This document shows positions 60,098-64,000 of a DNA stretch of 64,000 bases, piece by piece. The notes under the pieces were generated by a model, which was not told where the DNA came from, made no database searches, and was given only the letters and a program-made list of their open reading frames with translations. The stretch comes from Massalongia carnosa. Taxonomy: Eukaryota. Location of the stretch: positions 248,001 through 312,000 of the forward strand of contig OZ287078.1 of assembly GCA_965645245.1 (NCBI GenBank), given 5' to 3'. How positions within the stretch are numbered: the stretch's first letter is position 1; the number at the start of each line of letters is the position of its first letter. The translations under genes and the position numbers were made by a program.

Positions 60098-61331
60098 CTA
60101 GGTTATGGGAGTAGCGGCTTTCCTTTCGGCGATGCTCTTGGCTTCCATGTAGCGTTGAGCAGTTCTACGGTTTCGTTGGTACAGCGCGTTTGCGGCGCTC
60201 TTGTCTGCCCAATATGTACCCATCATACGGTCCCAGAAGCTGAAGTGTACGGCGAAATGACTCTGAAAAATATCAGCGTAGAGTCCAAAGTCTGTAGAAT
60301 TCATCTCATACCTTCAACCCCCAGCTCTGATGATGTAGGTCATGGAAGTAGGCACCGTTTTCCGTAATCAACCGGATTGGGTCCCAGGGAAGAGTGTAAC
60401 CACAATGGTCGGTGATAGCTTTGTAGGATATGTAGCCATAGAGCCACATGCCTTGGCGGATGGACAGTCCGGACACGCCAAAGGCAATAGCTGTTCCGAT
60501 GCTGTCTAAGAAGAGGCCTTCGAGAGGATGTGTGAAGGCTGCACCATACGAGTAAGGGACGTAGAGACCATGATGTACGGAGTGGATCTTTTCTATGAGT
60601 CGAATCGAGTTAGCAATCCTGCTCTAACGTCACATGGGAGACCTACTGTAGACCCATTTGTTGGTGTGCAGCCAACGATGACCGAAGTACTGCCATGTGT
60701 CTGCTGCAAATACGGCCGCAGCAAATTGCACCGCAGGCACAATAGACCAGTAGATGATCCGTGCAAATGCCATCTCCCATGCTCTCAATCTCGCTTCGTT
60801 TATGTCTTGACCACCCATCTGGGCAATGCTTTGGGATATGCCACGATCATGACCTGCAAGGAGCAGCGCAGCTAAGTCCATCCCTGAACCAGCAAATTTG
60901 AGTGCAAGGGCCTTAGCATCAATACCAACAGCAGAGAGAAGGCCTGGGAGCATGCCGCGTGCCGCCTGTATCCTCCTAGCCCAGACAACAATGTCATATT
61001 CTTCCTTTCCAGCCAAATCTCCACCCCCCAACATACCAAGTCCGATACCAAGCAGTGTCTGTATAATCTGATTGATTACCACACCTCGGAAGCACTCCCC
61101 CCGTGAGCATCGATTCCGAGACTCCTCCTCGGCTGAAGTGTGTAATCGATACTTTTCACAGTATCCATATGTCTCCATAAAAGAGAAGATCCCAGACAAG
61201 ATCCAATGGATGAAAATTGGCACGGCAAGTGAAAGATGTAAATCGGAGAGAGGAGGCAGTAGCGATGGGACGGGATGCAAAGTGTAGGGAGGGAGTGGAA
61301 TATCCCCCCCGAACGAGGTTGCATTAGACAT
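60098..61331 (-). CDS. SUR2-like sphingolipid C4-hydroxylase / fatty-acid hydroxylase family protein; 3 exons (introns 60593-60646, 60263-60311)
   Basis: YRLHTSAEE..RN, DTWQYFGHRWLH, HSVHH, DHCGYTLPWDP, HDLHHQSWGLK, FWDRMMGT; the spliced frame is open. Confidence 0.88.
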
Positions 61332-62842
61332 GATGGGAGTATCGTTGAAGGAGTAAAGACGGGCGAAATCAGTCTTCGAAGGAGTCAGAGCTGAGAAATT
61401 CAGATGTTTGAATGTGAAAAGCATGAATATCTGCATTGGGGATGCCCGTTCCAAAGGTGAGGTCAACTTTCCCGCTCTCGGCCAACCTTACAGTTTGTGT
61501 CTGTCATGAATAGCTTCCTAACGATAGAGTCGTTACATATCATACTCTGTAAAGCTGAATTAAACATTGCAACGCTGCATCACCAGCTGCCGTGGCCCTT
61601 AATCGTGCAGAATAATGAGAGCAAACATGAGCAAGGCGAAAACTATGAATGCGTATCAGCAGAAGACACTGTTCGCTCCGAGTGTGTGTGGTATATGCAG
61701 AGTCATTTCAACATAAGCTTTCTGATCTTAGATGGGCCCGTTTGGATGCGTTGCAATACTCGGGCAAGTCCCCAAGGGTTTCTGTCAATCAAGCGACCGG
61801 TGAATCTTGATGAGGATCGGATCTGCAATCATGAGTTCATGGATTCATGCAAGTGTCGCTTCGTTCTCTTGTAAAGTTTGGCCATGATCATCGGCAATGC
61901 AGGTCGTGCAAACTCGCAATGTATGTTCAGAGTATTCCGGTCGAACGAGGGAAAGAGAATTGCCTTTGGTGGAGATCAAGGACATCCGAAAGTGTGTGAT
62001 GAGCCTGCATGCATAACACGACATGCAGTCTAATTTATTCACGGAAAAGCTCGTCCAACAGTCCAACGGAAGTGCATGAGAAGGAAGAATGAATTTACCG
62101 AAGCAGTGCCTTGCGTACTTGCCTAATGCTTAAGGCTTGCAGTAGTGCGGAGCCTGACGATCTTCGTCGAGGAAAACTTATCTCCTCCGGCTTCACTCTC
62201 TGCCCCGTGCTTGCGGTGGACACTCCTTCACCTCGTTCTTTCAGCGAGTACAGAATACCAACCAAAAGGGATGGTGCTAAAAATGCACGAATATCGTGCG
62301 GTAGACCATACTCCGCTATTCGCATCCAGAGAGGGGGAACGCATGTTGCCATCAGCTCAAATTCCAATTTGCTCATCTCTACGTGAGAACTCCGCCGACA
62401 TGCGTCACGACCGCAGACTATAAGCTTCGTCGCTGATGCGATCGTAGAAGGTCATCTACGCTGAGCAACCGGCCGATGACACATCGTTTAACGTAATGGC
62501 GTCAACTATCACTCTGCGAAACCGGGCAAAAAGACTCAGCGATGCCTTAGGCACATTGCGGTCCAGCGAGGAGAAAGATCCAAACGAGGAGAAGAACATA
62601 TAATAGAAAAAATGTGGCGTACCGGCATGCGTGATAATGAATGATGGAACTCAATGGTGTTGGCAACTGGGACTACTTCTCCGAGAGTACTAAATTTCGA
62701 TGGGCTTCCTAGAAGGAGTAACGCCGGAGAGGGTTCTCCTTGCTTTGATAAAGGTCATTATTACGTCTAGACAGCCTGACGGAAGAAGTCTCGTCTCTCT
62801 CTCGTTGTTGTTGAAAGCAATAGTCACGGTTCATTCATCACG

Positions 62843-64000
62843 ATGTCTGAGAGTTTGGCCGGCTACTTTGCCCCAGCTACCGTCATTACTCTCTGTAGCC
62901 TCCTTGTATACCGTTACCTCGTCCATCCTTTCTGGCTGTCCCCGTTGGCGAGGGTACCCAATGCTCATTGGACTTCTCCTTTCGTTCCTTGGTGGATCCT
63001 GTGGAAACGGTACCAACAGCAAGAGCTACCAGCTGCAAATGGAGCTCATCAGAGACTTGGACCGATTGTAAGACTGGGACCAAAGGACCTCAGCGTCAGC
63101 AGTTATGAAGATGGTATACGAACGATATATGGAGGCGGCTTTGACAAGCCTACTTATTTTGATTTCTTCAACTATTACGAGTGTGCATGCCATCCGTAAG
63201 CTACACGGCCATGGAGACAGCTGACAACAACGACAGGAGATCCAACTCCTTCTGTAGCCTTACAAGAAAAGATCATTCGGTCCACCGGCAGAGAATATCC
63301 GCCGTCTACACCAAATCTACGCTGTTCGGCTCCCCACAATTAGCTTCTCTGACGGAAAAGGTACTTCTGGACCGTCTGGTCCCCAGACTGCGGGAGCAAG
63401 CTTCGAGGCCCCACCCAACCGAACTCCTTGAGATGACTTATTCTCTATGTCTCGACTACATCAACGCCTTCATATTCGGCTACTCAAGCGGATCGAACTT
63501 TCTACAAGATGAAAGCAGCGCGCGGCTTTGGCTCGAACACTACGAGAAACGGTACTGCAACGAATCGTTCTGGCCTCAGGAGCTGCCAAATGTTACTCAG
63601 ATGCTGAAATTGGTAGGAATCAACATGCTGCCTAAAGAGCATCCTACGTCCATACATTACTTGGAGCTCTGGATGATGGGCTTGTGTGATAAGGCGGAGG
63701 CTGAACGTTTGCGTGCGGGCCAGGGAATGGTGAAGGATCCAGCGGACATTCCGGTTGTCTATCAACAAGCCAAGCAAGCGGTGGAGGTGGACTTGAAAGG
63801 AGCAGACGTCCAGACCAAGAAGCGAGAAATTGCCAGTGAACTCTTCGATCATATGTGTATGCCAAATTCCTTTTCCGTCAACATATTTGTCCGCGAGGAC
63901 TGACGTGGATCTCCTCCAGCGGGAGCACGAGAAGTCCTCGGGCTCGTCTTGAGCTACACGCTCTACTACATTTCGCAGAACCAGCCCGCGCAAGAGCGCC
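62843..64000 (+). CDS. Cytochrome P450, 5' part (introns 63181-63236, 63857-63919); runs off the window end
   Basis: N-terminal membrane anchor, SPLARVP, HQRLGPIVRLGPKDLS and an I-helix region ELFDHMSGAREVLGLVLSY; the heme Cys motif is outside the window. Confidence 0.85.

Overview
Filamentous-ascomycete genomic DNA (short GT-AG introns with CTAAC/CTAAT branch sites) in two parts. Bases 1-38,800 are a deep nest of transposons, most resolvable to the base from LTRs, TIRs and target-site duplications (TSDs). They include a Ngaro/DIRS-type retroelement cut by the window start, two piggyBac-type elements, a Fot1/pogo-type derivative inside a solo LTR, two Copia elements, two chromodomain Gypsy elements, a PIF/Harbinger element expanded to about 22 kb by nested insertions, and an AcademH remnant. 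Bases 40,000-64,000 are a secondary-metabolite cluster: a five-module NRPS pseudogene with about 11 lesions, an intact SAM methyltransferase, an intact divergent SUR2-like hydroxylase and the 5' part of a P450. The most notable observations are: (1) both piggyBac-type elements have a 2-bp AT duplication inside TATA rather than TTAA, one confirmed against the empty sister LTR; (2) Ngaro gag and RT are in frame, separated only by CAA-UGA-CUA, a known readthrough context, with no usable AUG for RT; (3) a candidate UAG readthrough in a Copia element and a -1 frameshift cassette plus self-priming site in a Gypsy element; (4) sphingofungin-like tailoring genes beside an NRPS. All family calls come from motif recognition by eye; no database search was run.
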